From contig OZ316896.1 in the NCBI GenBank assembly GCA_973895155.1, positions 13,000,549-13,064,548 on the forward strand: 64,000 nucleotides of DNA, given 5' to 3'. Shown in pieces: positions 13,901-26,218 of this stretch (positions are counted from its first letter, which is position 1; every line of letters begins with the position of its first letter). Below the pieces are notes generated by a model. It was given only the letters and a program-made list of their open reading frames with translations. It was not told the DNA's origin and did not search any database. Position numbers and translations under genes: made by a program. The DNA is from Marsupella aquatica. Lineage: Eukaryota; Plantae; Marchantiophyta.

Positions 13901-15495
13901 GCTGTTGTCTAGATCTGTCGGTGAGCACTCTGTCTGCCTCAAAGAATTGAGTTGAATGTTGCCAATGTTATCATGAACCAACTGGATATCAACGCACGGA
14001 GTACAACATTCTATATCTCATCCTGTGATTTGGGATGTGAAGCAGATCACTTGAAGCTCACCAGACCGAGGCATGGGTGGGCAGGGTGGTTTGAGCGGCC
14101 AGTGACACAGAACCTGCGTGAAGTATCCCTGATTTAAGTGTATTACTTATATAATGGTTCTTAATAGACATAGGAAATGTCGAAGAATAATCACAGTCAG
14201 CTTTCACCGGAAGCACGTTACTCGGTCCATACGGGCAACTCAAATTGCTTCAAATTCAGAACCATGCACTCCATTCATAATAACTTCGATGAAACGTCTA
14301 AGGACAGAACAGCCTCCTTACCTCTGTAAGACGTTGATAGGCTCTAAGCTTTGCATTCAGTCATGGAGTTTGTTGAGTTGGAGAACGGTGAACATTTTTC
14401 TTCTATGATTTACAAGGCAGGCGAAGCTGTTTGTCATTTCCTTTCAGAAAGTTTCATGTGTACCACGGAGAAGGAGAAGGGCAATGGCAAAAGTGAGTTG
14501 GCAACTTTCTCGGCTTTATTTGAGAGCGCCCTTTCACTTTCCAAAGTCTTTTTCAAGCTGCGAGACATTGTGGTTTCACTGCACTCATCCGTTGAAATCA
14601 GCTGTCATAATTCGGAGCGTACAGAAATAAAACGATAATGTCCCTGTGGTCGTAAGCCATTGCAATTGCTGCACTTTAAGTAGATTATGCTACCTACGTG
14701 CAGTCGTGTGCTCCCTCCCTGAGACTTTGTCACCGATGAGGTCGTCAGTATAGCTTGCAGAGAAAAAGAAGCGGAAACGATGGGGTCTCAAAAGCTTCTG
14801 CCTGTAATTGGGTCTTATCCCTGTTATCCTGTGAAATACAACCTAGACTAGCTTTGTAGCTGACCTCTCCGCTTTTTTAATCTTCCTTCAAAATGGCTGC
14901 CTGTTACAAATGGAGCGGACGGCAACTCACTTTGGTGTTGGAAAGCCCTGACTGATTTGGAGAGGCGTGGACTAGACTGTTAGCAGTCCTGTGGATTTAC
15001 GAGGATTAGGAGACTATAGACGATTCAAGAATTGCAACTGCGAGTCTTCATGGCAGTTGGACTTATCATAGAAGAAAGCTGTCCCCGTTCTTCAGCTCAA
15101 CAGGGTTACGTCTTTAATGAACAGCGAGTCAGTCAAAAGAGGCATCGATACCAGCAATGTATGCTATCCTCGTATTTTCTTTGAAAATTTTACAGTCATA
15201 GGAAAAGTGGATCCTGTCAGGTTTAGCAAGATGTTTTTCCTTAGAGAAACCTGTCCCAAGGTGAGGTTCTGGAAATTAGGCTTGTTCAGGTGTAGGGTCT
15301 TCAGAACTGACTTCTTGTAAATTTTATAGATTGTTTTTGCTGAGTTTGTTATATACGTCCAGCTCCTTCAGAAGTACATAATCATAAATAATCACCAGGT
15401 GAAGTTTTAACCAGTGAACAAGAACTAGATCCTAGACTGCTGAACTCCTCGATGGCTCCTTGTCCCTCTTGAGTGGATCCTGTCTCCCGGTTCAG

Positions 15496-15589
15496 CACCC
15501 CCTGCTCTGTGGCAGTTTGATATATATATTCTTGAGTGATGCCACCCCCTGCTCTGTGGCAGTTTGATATATATATTCTTGAGTGATGC
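15496..15589. repeat. 47-bp perfect tandem duplication
   Basis: caccccctgctctgtggcagtttgatatatatattcttgagtgatgc x2. Confidence 0.9.
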
Positions 15590-15703
15590 CACGGAGAAAA
15601 ACCGGCTAGATGTCAGATTTTCCTAGGCTTGAAAATTTGTACCCAAATAGGTGGGTGGATTACAGGTTTTAAAGTTGAGTCAGAGAACGGTGCTCAGCTT
15701 TCT

Positions 15704-15792
15704 TTCTTTTTTGTCTTGAACTGAAATGGGGAGGAAATACAATTAGACTCCCCCCATCCCGTTGGGGCTCACCCTGGTCTGGGTAACCTACA
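15704..15792 (-). mobile_element. Short truncated retroposon insertion with a 15-bp TSD
   Basis: ggtgctcagctttct at 15689-15703 and 15793-15807 flanks a segment that starts with a T-rich tract (A-tail on the minus strand). Confidence 0.6.
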
Positions 15793-17892
15793 GGTGCTCA
15801 GCTTTCTAGTGTGATTTATTTTATTGAACATACGAATGATATATATAACAGAGAACATCTGAGCTGTACAGTGGGACTTAGTGGGGAGTTATTTCTGCTT
15901 GTTGTCATTGGACACGTGCTTTCTCTTTTTCTCCTGAGTACTTGTTCACGTTTTGTTTCAGCGTCATCTCTTCCCAAACACTTTCCTTTCCCTTCTTATA
16001 CTTTTATGATCTATATTATAAACTCAGCAAAAACAATGTACAAAACTTACATAAGAATAGGTGACAAAAAACTTGGCAATGTATATCTCGGTATCATGCT
16101 GGGTCATGTCCCACATCAATTATCCAACGTGCAAGTGTATCATGATTCAGATGTCGTCCACCTCATCGGAACAACTTGAGCTTCTAAGGTGGGAGGCTGT
16201 CATTTATGGGGAAGGAATCTTTTAGATCCACTTAAGGTCCTGAATCCTGCCAGTAAGAAATAGAATCTCTCCCTATCTTCGATCTTAGCAGAGATCAGGT
16301 GAAACCACAAGTGAGATTGTTGGAGTCAGGTCCTCGTTTCAGCTTCTACCAATGACGAAGATGCCAACTTACTCCCTCTTGAGATATTTCGACCGGTGTT
16401 TGGAATGGCAAGGAATAAACAAAGTATCTACGAGCACGCCTAGAACAAATACTAAAATGCAAAACTGAGACAATCATGGGAGGAAACAATTACGTATCAT
16501 TGAGGAAAACTTTTCCCCGTTCTTCAACTCATCATGGTCATGTTCTGGATAGAGTCTTTGTGGGCCAGAAAGCATTAGAAGTACTGACGCCTTTTACTAT
16601 CAGTTTTTTGATAGCCCCTCTTCGAGCTGTACGCAGACTAATGTAGGGTATATCCAAGCTTTAGATTCTCCCAACTGTCGGCCAAATCTTGATAGCCGGA
16701 CGTCTGGGGATGATGGAGATCCTATTTTTGGTTGTTATGACAACTCGCACATCATTCAATTCAGTATGTGATATACATTTTCACCTATCTTTTTTTAATT
16801 GTTGGGGTTTTCATCTCTCCAAAACTTTTCTCCTGAAGTGAATGGAGTTTGGGTGCGCGTGAATATGCAATTCTTTCCGTTTGGAAGAAGCTCTATATGC
16901 AGGGGCATCCATGTGCGTGAATGTTTATTGTCAGTACGATGCTTGTCTCTTCGGCTTCAGCATTCGACCAGTGGAAGTGTTTGCATTCCCAGTAGAGACC
17001 TGAAATGAATTCAGAACATTTTGTCTTTGCGGTGCCTAACTTCTAGATTGATGATGCAGAAACAGAGAGAAGGCTCGCCGCTTCCACAAGAATCAATGCG
17101 ATCGCGTCTTGCTCAAGTGAATTATGGTTTACATGATTGCCGGATTGCTGCTTGCCAGTAGGATCCGATTAGGAGGGGGCGAAAAGAATGGACCAACGAA
17201 GTCTTGATTCGATCGGACATTACAATACGAGCAGCACTACTGTTCATGATGAACACCGTAGTGACCGACCACTAAATTCTTGTAGATTTGAAACTGAACA
17301 GAGAAGAACTTCTACTTGCGATCATGTAGATACTCTCGTCTTTTCTTCCTTACAGAATCAAACTTTATACAAGATGGTGAGGCATGCATTTAACTTGATC
17401 TTCCTTATTGCCTTTTGAAAGAAGACGAGGCCTCGGCGCCGCTCTGTTTCAAGGCCTCCTTGCTGATTTTTCGTGATAGACGAATTTATACAAACTATTG
17501 TTACAAAAAGTTGGTTTTTTCCATTGGAAAACTCATTGATCATTCCCCACTAGTGCGAAATTTTGTGGTTCTCAACAATCCTAACGACTGTAGCAAAAGT
17601 GTTTGTGTTCGTTGGAAACCCAGGATCTTCTAATTTTAAGCTTCATCGTGTAATATTATTGTATGACGCCATTGCTATCTCCGACTCGTATTCTCGAAAC
17701 GTCTTCCTGTCTCCGACTATTTGTAAACAATTCTACAAATTCAGAGAGACTGAAGATCTCGGTTCAATTTTTCCCTGAGTTCCAACGTCAACGATCGTCC
17801 CTTTCGAATTTGATCAACTTACTGGCGAATTTTATTTCGATCTACCCTACAGTCGCTTCCCATAAGGTCCCATAAGGTCCTACATGTTGAAA

Positions 17893-18906
17893 TTACAGAG
17901 TGATAACCACTTTCTTAGCGGACACTGTCTTCTGAGCCTCTATAGCGTCTTGTATAGACTGTAGACCTTTCCCGACTACGACGGGATCAGGTGCGGGGAC
18001 AAATTTGCCCTCCTCGAGAGCCTTTGGTAGGTAATCCTCGTAGACAGCCTTGCCGATATCGTTGTCCACAAAGCCCCAGATTCTCCTGCTTTTGACGCCG
18101 CCAGGTAGGTCCTCCGAGGCCATACCGACCGAAGCAATGATTTTGTGGCCTTTAGACTTGCTCAGGACTTCCGCACAGGCCTCAAGTACTCCATCCCGGG
18201 TGATACAGTCGAGCAAGCCAGCCATTGTTTTGCCCTTTAATGCCTCAACCAGCTCCTCGACGATAGTCTTGCTCTTGTAGTCGAAGACCTGGCTGGCGCC
18301 GAGCTTCTTGACGTACTCGAAGTTCTTTGGGGACGCAGTGGTGATAACCTCGTAGCCGGATGCAACGCCGAGCTGAATACCGTTGCTGCCGACACTTGAC
18401 GCCCCTCCCCAGACGAGCAACACTTGGCCGGTCGGCTTTGGACTCACGGACGGGTATGGAAACTCGAGGTAGTCTTTCTTATACAACCCTACAGCAGCAG
18501 TCGACAAGCCCAAGGGAATGACCGCGGCAGCCTCGAAGGGCATGGTGCTGGGAATTGGCGATGACATGTAGTCTAATACAACTGTGTACTCCTGGAAAGC
18601 GCCATCGCAATCACGCTGGGACGCAATGCCAATTGCGTTACCAAGCACTCGGTCGCCCACTTTGAATCGGGTGACGGAACTGCCGACCTCGACGATCTCA
18701 CCGGCGACATCTTCGCCGAGGATGGCTGGGTATTTCACGGGAAACTGGATCACCTGCTCTTGCAGGATCCAGTCGGCGGGGTTGATGGCCACTGCGGCAT
18801 TTTTTATGACGATCTCATGCTCACCGGGAGAAGTGTAAGGAGCGGGCCCGACCTCCAGCGGCTTCGTCTTCTCGGCAACAAGCCATGCGGCCGCGTTGGA
18901 TGGCAT
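17893..18906 (-). CDS. MDR enoyl-reductase-like oxidoreductase (CipB/LovC-like), copy 2
   Basis: Intact, intronless 337-aa ORF, ~79% identical to copy 1 by manual count. The 5' and 3' flanks are also homologous (1860-2170 vs ~17640-17890; 3187-3400 vs 18907-19110). Confidence 0.9.
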   Translation of the reverse strand: MPSNAAAWLVAEKTKPLEVGPAPYTSPGEHEIVIKNAAVAINPADWILQEQVIQFPVKYPAILGEDVAGEIVEVGSSVTRFKVGDRVLGNAIGIASQRDCDGAFQEYTVVLDYMSSPIPSTMPFEAAAVIPLGLSTAAVGLYKKDYLEFPYPSVSPKPTGQVLLVWGGASSVGSNGIQLGVASGYEVITTASPKNFEYVKKLGASQVFDYKSKTIVEELVEALKGKTMAGLLDCITRDGVLEACAEVLSKSKGHKIIASVGMASEDLPGGVKSRRIWGFVDNDIGKAVYEDYLPKALEEGKFVPAPDPVVVGKGLQSIQDAIEAQKTVSAKKVVITL

Positions 18907-19129
18907 TTAGAACGATGAGTTCAGAGGCGTCGAACGAGCAGTTTCGTAATGTCGAGGACGAGGCTGTGACAGAGCAGAGAGTCCTTCGTAAAACTTGTTC
19001 CCCTCGAAGCAAATGGCTGCTGAATCAACGCTACAGCTTTTCAATTATTTTGACTGTGAATGATCGTCCGTGGGTGTTGGACGCAATGTGACACGGTGTC
19101 ACGGTGAGATGAGTCACGGAAGGAAAATG

Positions 19130-19390
19130 TGTTGGAAATGCTGCGATCCTCAGTACCGTTTACCTACTGGGCCCACTTACCATTCCGTTGCGCCACTTGC
19201 TGTTCCTTGTAGTCTTCCGTCCTCTTCTGAGGACCATCTGATCTAGGTCTGCCTCACTGCTCCCTTGATCTGATCTATGAGTCCCGCTCACCCTGGGGCG
19301 CCTCTCTTCCTCTGGGCACTCCTTGCCTTGGCTTCACTTAAGTACTTTCACTGTTCAGCCATCTTAGTCACGTAGATAGTTTTATCAACA
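19130..19390 (+). repeat. Copia 5' LTR (261 bp)
   Basis: TGTTG...CAACA termini, directly followed by the PBS. Confidence 0.85.
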
Positions 19391-19402
19391 TGGTATCAGA
19401 GC
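19391..19402 (+). promoter_or_regulatory. Primer-binding site, tRNA-iMet
   Basis: TGGTATCAGAGC, the canonical plant copia PBS. Confidence 0.9.
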
Positions 19403-19601
19403 AAGATTAGCTCCTCCGTGACTAAGATCCTGCGCTGCACTTAGATGAGGGTTCTTTAGGTGTGAGTGACCAGAACTAGAATAGTCTTTTCTCTTTTCCG
19501 CTGCTTAGATTCTTTACTATACTTAGATGAGAGTTCTCTAAGTGTGAGGAGTCAGTACATTCGACTACACCAGTTGGTGAGAATTCCCATACGCTACAGT
19601 C

Positions 19602-20355
19602 ATGGATCTAGCTAGAATCTTTGGCGAAGCTAACAAGTTAGATGGCGACAGCAATCACATCTCTTGGAGCTTACTTGTTCAGACCCTACTCGAGCGAGAC
19701 GAAGTGTGGGATGAACTGAACTTTGCTGGCAACACTGCCACAACAGAAGATGCGACAGTAGAGGACGAGATTGTCCTCACTCCCAAGGAACGGAAGAAGA
19801 AGATAGTCAAGGCTAAGTCTATCCTGATGGCTACTGTGAAGACCAAGCTTCTTCACGTTGTTGCTTCCTTTGGCAACGATCCAGTAGCCTGCTTGCAGCA
19901 CTTCAAGCAACGATTTGGAGGTGATCTTCTCCAGCGGAGGCTACTACTCGAACAGAAGCTACATGCTGTCAAGATGGCCGAAGGCACCAATGTAGAAGAT
20001 TATCTAAGGGAAGTAGAAAGCATCACTTCTCAACTTGCCACGATTAATGCTACTGTTGATAACTCTCGTCTCTTACACATTGTTTTAGGAGGCCTTCCCC
20101 AGAGCTGGGGTCCTTTTGTCTCGAGCTTTGGAGTAGACTTATCTAAAACTCCCACACCCCAGTTCTCGACTCTTGTGGAACGTATGCAGGCAGAAGACTT
20201 CTGGAGAAGGGGCAAACGTGAAGAGATTGCTGAAGAAGCACTTTTTACCCGTTTCCATCGTCCTCCAGGGAGGGGCAGTGGCCATTACGTCTCAAATCGA
20301 TACAGTCAACCATCAGACCATCGTGGACCTGTTGGCCATCGTGGACCTGCTGGAG
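19602..20355 (+). pseudogene. Copia gag, N-terminal part (UBN2-type)
   Basis: KLDGDSNHISW, KMAEGTNVEDYL, VLGGLPQSW. Removing insert A rejoins the frame: GPAG|DYRAPA. Confidence 0.85.
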
Positions 20356-23300
20356 TGTGACACGAGTAACGTGGCACTTAACCGAACCCAGGTCGTAGAT
20401 TAGGTCTTATACGGTCATTAGGACCGTAGCCGTAGCGTAGAATAGCACGTATAGCCGTCTGTTGCCATTATGAATAGATTAGGAGTAGGTTAAGTTGACC
20501 GAATGATTTCGAATTTAGGAGGAGGATTATTACGTGCGACCGAGGTACGGCGGCGGCGGCGGCGGAGTAAAAATCCATTAGGAGCATCCCGCTTGGATCG
20601 AGGCGCCGACTTCAGCTCATTATCAACGACCAAAACGGCCTGGCCTTCTCACGCTCGGGCTCACCCTGGCACCTCCATGAGAGAGGAGCCGATGGCGCTG
20701 CGGGCCATTTGCTCATTTCTACCGTTCGGAATTTGCGGACGCTGCCATTCACTCGCCTTTTTGCTCGAATCAAGCTGACCTTTACAAGGAGATTATCAAG
20801 AGATAAGAGCGGGTTGTGGCGAGATTTAGTCAGGACAAGGAAGGCCTCCACCAGTAAGCAGACCGAACAGCGGGAACGCGGACTCGACAAACCAGACTAC
20901 AAAGGTTAGTATGACCCTTACAGCCTTGGGATTTTGGACCTTGTTTGGCGAGATAGGTGCTAAGTTCTCCAAGACTTACTGGTATTCTTGTCCCGAGAAA
21001 GCCGCTTATGAACGAAGATATGCGAAGCTGGTGGCCAAGGTAGCACAGGTTAATTGCGAGAAGACAGCCATCACCAGAGATTCCAGCTACAATGAGCTGC
21101 GAGACTACATCACCGAGCTATATCTCAGCGAGGAAGGGCTTAGATCGGTAGCAGAGGCGATTCTTGAAGTCCCTGCAAAGTTCTTTAGGCTGAAGGGCAG
21201 CCAGCGGCTTACTCAAGCGGAGTTCGACAAGATCCTGGGGTACCTAGACCAGCAGATCGCAGCCAAAAGGCGCCAAGAAGACATCAACAGACAACGGGAA
21301 GCGGCACATAACCTTATGTTCCTCGGGGAAAGCTCCAACGCCTTCAACTGGGATAAGGCAACACCAACACCACCAGCGCCTCAGCCGATGACCATCGGCG
21401 TACCACTGAACCAGTCCCAAGTCCGCCCCGTGAACAACACCGAGTGTTCTTCGGGTTCCGAGCGAGTTAGTCCGCATCTCGAGCAGCATTCTCGTAAGCG
21501 GGCAAGGACGACATCGGCCCCAGAATCGACAACACAAACCAACACCGCTCCTGCACATGCCCTGACAAACCCCCCAGCCAACCAGACCCGACGGCCCTGA
21601 ATAATCCCAAGTCTAACTTATTACAGGTAATCCGCGTTCCCGAGGTAGTCTGGATCGCGATCAAGAAACTCAACCACGTGGACTATCTCAAGGAGCATCA
21701 GTTAGAGCAATTCGCTCACTTGCTATGGAGACCGTGCGCGGTCGGGCCAAAGGAGATTTGTGAGTTCATCTCCAATTTTGACACCGACGCATCGACCACT
21801 AAGGTTTCATGGCAGACCTTATCACTCACGGAGCATCGGTTGGCACAGATCTTCTGCCTGCCAAGCAGGCCGGTGCCGGTTGAACTCCAAATTCGGGATA
21901 AGGAGTATACACCTCGGCACTTCAAACCCGAAGGTAAGATGGACAACGGATACAAGCAGGGGTCGTGCACCAACTTAATCTGCATGGAGCGGCTTAACTT
22001 CATACGGACTACCCTACACATGATTGAGCCAAGATCCGAGATTTCCCTCTGCACGATCATGCAGGTGGAACAGTACAAACGGCGGAACTAGGCCCAATTC
22101 TTTTACCGAAGGTTCTCGGGAGAGCTTAAGCGGGCTTAGGGAGGTATGGCTATTGGGGGGAAGACTTACCTGGGAAGTCATATCGCCATCATCCTCGCGT
22201 GGTACAAAGCACGGCGGGAGGCCAAGGGAAAGAATATGGCCACCTCAGCCCTGACTAATGTCACCCCCGCCCCAGAGGAGGCAACCCCGAGCGCGCGGAC
22301 TACCGTCCCTCGGGAAAACCCCGAGCCGGAGGCCCCGACTAATACTCCGTCACCTCCTCCTATCAAAATTCCACCGCCCCCTTCCGTCGAGCCTCCGCTA
22401 CCCGCAGTACAATCACCCCCAATTCCTCCACCACCTAAAGAAACCTTCCCCTCCCTAGCGCAGACTACGGAGGAGATCGTTGCCCCGCTCGAGGAACCAC
22501 CGGTACCCGAGAGGATGGAGGACTACCAAGTAGCCCCGGGGACCATGGCCTACAACCCGGTCCAGAAGTTTAGCCAGACTATGTCTGGGGAGCTGGCGAC
22601 GTACATCAGACAACAAGTCTCGGCATACTTTCAACCAGCCTTCTTCATGTTAGAGCACCAACCACGGATCGTCGGCCGCTTGGAAGAAGAACTCATGGCG
22701 AAGGGGAATGAGATCGGGCGACTCCAAATGTTGGTGGAACACCTCAAGGAGGAGGCCACTACCCGCCGCGAGGAGTTAGTCCGCACCGTCGAACAGCGAG
22801 ACGGACTAACCCAAGAGTTGAGCGGGGCACAAGCAGATCTCAAGAAGCTGGACGACACCATGCTTCAGTTGCGCTCAGAATCCTCGGCTCGGGTTACCAG
22901 CCTAACCGACCTTAACAACCAATTCCTGCAGGCAGCTCAGCAGGTAGCTAGTCTCTCCGCCGAACGGGATAAATTGTTGGCGCAGGACCAGACCCATCGC
23001 GACTCCATTAACCAGCTCAACCTGGAGGTAGCTCGGCTCCAGACAGAGGCCGATGAAGCCGCAAACAAGGTGGAGGAGGCGGTGCGGGACAACAAGGCCT
23101 TGCAGGACCGCGTTACCCTACTCGCCCTCCAGCGGGGAAAATCTGGGCCCACCTCTGATCAAGGCGGCTTGAGGTCTCGCCCCGACAGGGGGACAAACCC
23201 TGGTCCGACCACAGCACACACGTAAGGGGTGGTTAGCGAAGGGTGGAAGTAGGCGCCGCGTGAGGCAGTGAGTCAGCGGCATCTTTTGGTTAGGCGTAAC

Positions 23301-24193
23301 GACAGAATAGCCGTCATTAGGCGCCGATTAGCGGCAGTAGGAAGAATTAGGACCAAATCAGTTAGGATCAGCCAACGTAGGATGGAGTCCATCAACGGAC
23401 TAGATTTTTTTCAGTAGGCTTTGCTGCTGCCATTCCTGTCGGCACCCTTGTCATCGACGGTCAACCAGTCAAGGTGGCGCGGCCAGTTAGTCAGTAGGTA
23501 TTACCCTGGAAGGTAGTATCCTCCGGTTCCCTTTCGCAACCGTAGTATTTAGGCTTCCCCTTCCGCTATGGGAGGGGAGAAGGCTTAGTTATCTCAGTAG
23601 AAGAAAAGGCGAGACACGGGGAGTCCCGGCTTGAGCAGGGTCAGAGCGCACCAAGGAGTGAGAGCCAGAGTCGAGCTTGCTGGGCAAGTGCAAGGCGGGG
23701 CCTCGTAGAGACTGGGCATCGACTGCCGTTGGGCCTACTGACCCCCTTAGAAGTCGAGTCAACCATGTAAACTGATGCTTCGCTGAGTAAATGTAGTCTT
23801 TTCCCTCTAATGTTTCCGCGAGTAACTGGTGTTGTGTGTATGCGTTGTCTGGGCAAAGGCGCCATTTCAAGGGACATACCGGGTGCGGACTAATGGTAGG
23901 GATTGCCACCCATTGCATGTCACAAGGTTCTGTCGCGTCGATGGCTTGAAAGCCCCAAGCCGGGAGTTAGTCTGAGTCACTAACTATGGGAACATTCCAG
24001 CGGTGGAAAACAAATATACCTATGACTAGTACAAGTTGCGTAAGTGTTATACCAATAAGTATATTGCCTTAGCCCAACTAGGGGCTAATCGAGGCCGCTA
24101 CACACCTCCTTGCCCAAACCCTCACCCCTACTGGTGGTCGAGGTCGCGCCATGGAGCTAACCTGGATTTAAGGCCCGGGTTAGGGACGCAACA
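20356..24193 (+). mobile_element. Insert A: 3838-bp gene-bearing unit with integrase-type ends (putative giant solo-LTR)
   Basis: Starts TGTGAC, ends GACGCAACA. TSD TGGAG at 20351-20355 and 24194-24198. No internal paired LTRs, no gag/pol. Confidence 0.85.
20911..23225 (+). pseudogene. Insert A gene: N-terminal helical domain, plant-transposon (PF20167/PMD-like) domain, Pro-rich linker, coiled coil
   Basis: Pieces 20911-21600, 21678-22091 and 22146-23225 align with the insert B protein. One frameshift near 21600 and two in-frame TAGs (22089 aligns to Trp in B). Confidence 0.75.
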
Positions 24194-26218
24194 TGGAGAT
24201 TATCGTGCTCCTGCTGTTGATCCACGTAGTCATCATCTGACTGCCCCGGCTCCCCGTCGTCCGTCTGGTCCTTGCAACTATTGTAGCAAATCTGGCCATT
24301 GGGAATCTGAGTGCAATTTGAAGAAGCTTGATGATCAGATTTCCCACTTGATGATTCGAGCTGGAAATCTACGACACATCAAACCCCAGGCTCACCTTAC
24401 TGAGTACCCATCTGATGACCTTGAGTTTGATTATCCTTTCCCAGATATGCAGGATGACAAAATTGCTGCCAATCTCATTGAATACCGGAATACTTCACGA
24501 GACTGGTACATGGACTCCGGTGCTAGCAATCACATCACCGGGAACCGCTCCACACTCGATAGTTTTCAGCCTAGTTCCTCTGGCCCTGGTGTAACCACTA
24601 CGAGTGGTGCCACCATGCCCATTTCTGGCAAAGGCACCGTCCATGTTGACAATCAAGCTATCAACAATGTTCTTTACGTGCCTGGTGTTCACAAAAATCT
24701 CATGTCTGTGGGCAAGCTTGCTGATGCTGGTCATCTCATTCTCTTTGATTCTACATCTTGCCATGTCTATGATAAGGATAACCCAACGTCAGTTGTTCTA
24801 CAAGCATCTCGATCTTCTAGGAACAGTCTTTACCGACTGCTGCCCCCCAGCTCAGGCCTCAGCCACCCAGAGATGCCTCGACTACTTCCCCCAGAAGTCA
24901 ACTCCATCACCACCATTGCAACTGACCCAGCTGATCTATGGCATCGACGTTTGGCTCATCTCAATTTCCAGACCGCCCACCACATGACAACTAGGCACCT
25001 TGTTACTGGCGTTCCCATGCTCTCCCTTCAGAAGAAGAAATGCACCACATGTATTTTAGCCAAAACTCACCGTGAGAGTACTCCTCAATACTCTCTCCGA
25101 CGTACCACTCGTGTTTTGGCCTTGGTGCATACTGATCTTTGTGGACCCATTCAATTGACCTCCACAGTGAAGTATATCTTGACTTTCATTGATGACTTCA
25201 CTCGGTTTACATGGGTCTACTATCTCTCTCACCAATCTAACACCTTCCGCTGCTTCAAAAAATTTTAAGTGGCTACTGAAAAACAGCTTGGCAGCTCACT
25301 TTCCTGCCTTCGCTCTGACCGGGGGGGCGAATACATGTCACATGATTTCTGAACTTCTGCACTGACCACGGCATTCAACGTCAACTGACTGCTCCCAGCA
25401 CTCCTCACCAGAACGGAGTAGCTGAACGTAAGAATCGTACTTTGCTTGAGGCTGCCCGTAGTATCTTCATTGAAGCTAAATACCCACACTTCTTATGGCC
25501 GGAGGCAATCAAGGCTGCCACCTATGTCCTCAATTGGTGCCCCACATGGGCACTCCACCTCTCCACGCCATTCCAGGCTCTTCACGGTATGAAGCCTGAT
25601 CTTTCTCAGTTACGTGTTCTTGGGTGCTCTGCTTTTGTTCATGTTCCCAATCGTCCTGTTGGGAAATTTGGGCCTAAAGCAGTTCCCACTATCTTTATTG
25701 GCTACGACACCAACACTAAAGGGTATCGGTGCTTTGATCCTGTCTCTCATCGTATCCTGATTTCACGCAATGTTACTTTTATTGAGGATTCTCCTGGTGA
25801 TTTCAATGTTCCCCATTTTCCGTCTGATCTCTTTCTCGATCTCCTGCCTCTTGCTATGGCTTCTACTGAGCCAGGGGGAAGAGCAGCAACAATCTACTAC
25901 TGATCAACCAGACAACTCTCAACTTGAACATCATCAACCGGACAATTCTCAACTTGCACATCATCACCAGCATGACGAGAACCCTCTCCAGGATCACTCC
26001 AAAATCCACCATGGTAACAACAAGGCTCCCTCTCTACCGGGCTCTCTACCACGTGCTGCTCATACATCTCCAACTCTCCAGTCAAACTTGCCACCCAAGC
26101 GTCGGGGCTCACAGGCAAGACAACTACCGGCTTGGGTGCGTAGTGGGGACTACGAGATGCACATCCCGGAGGATGTGGACTTATGTATTATTGAGACTAC
26201 TAATTCTTTGAGTGACGA
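24194..26218 (+). pseudogene. Copia gag zinc knuckle, protease and integrase (frameshifted)
   Basis: CNYCSKSGHWESEC, WYMDSGASNHIT, LWHRRLAHLN, VHTDLCGP, RSDRGGEY, QNGVAER, FIGY..NTKGYR. Frameshifts and a stop near 25260-25365. Confidence 0.9.

Larger units (their letters stand above)
19130..26218 (+). mobile_element. Ty1/copia LTR retrotransposon, 5' part (interrupted; RT/RH and 3' LTR not in window)
   Basis: 5' LTR, Met-tRNA PBS and gag-PR-IN order; the sequence breaks just before RT. Confidence 0.9.

Noticed and set aside
20356-24193. Insert A or B as a TRIM/LARD or DNA transposon
   Set aside because: No terminal direct repeats visible by eye, no PBS after a short LTR, no extended TIRs and no transposase motifs.
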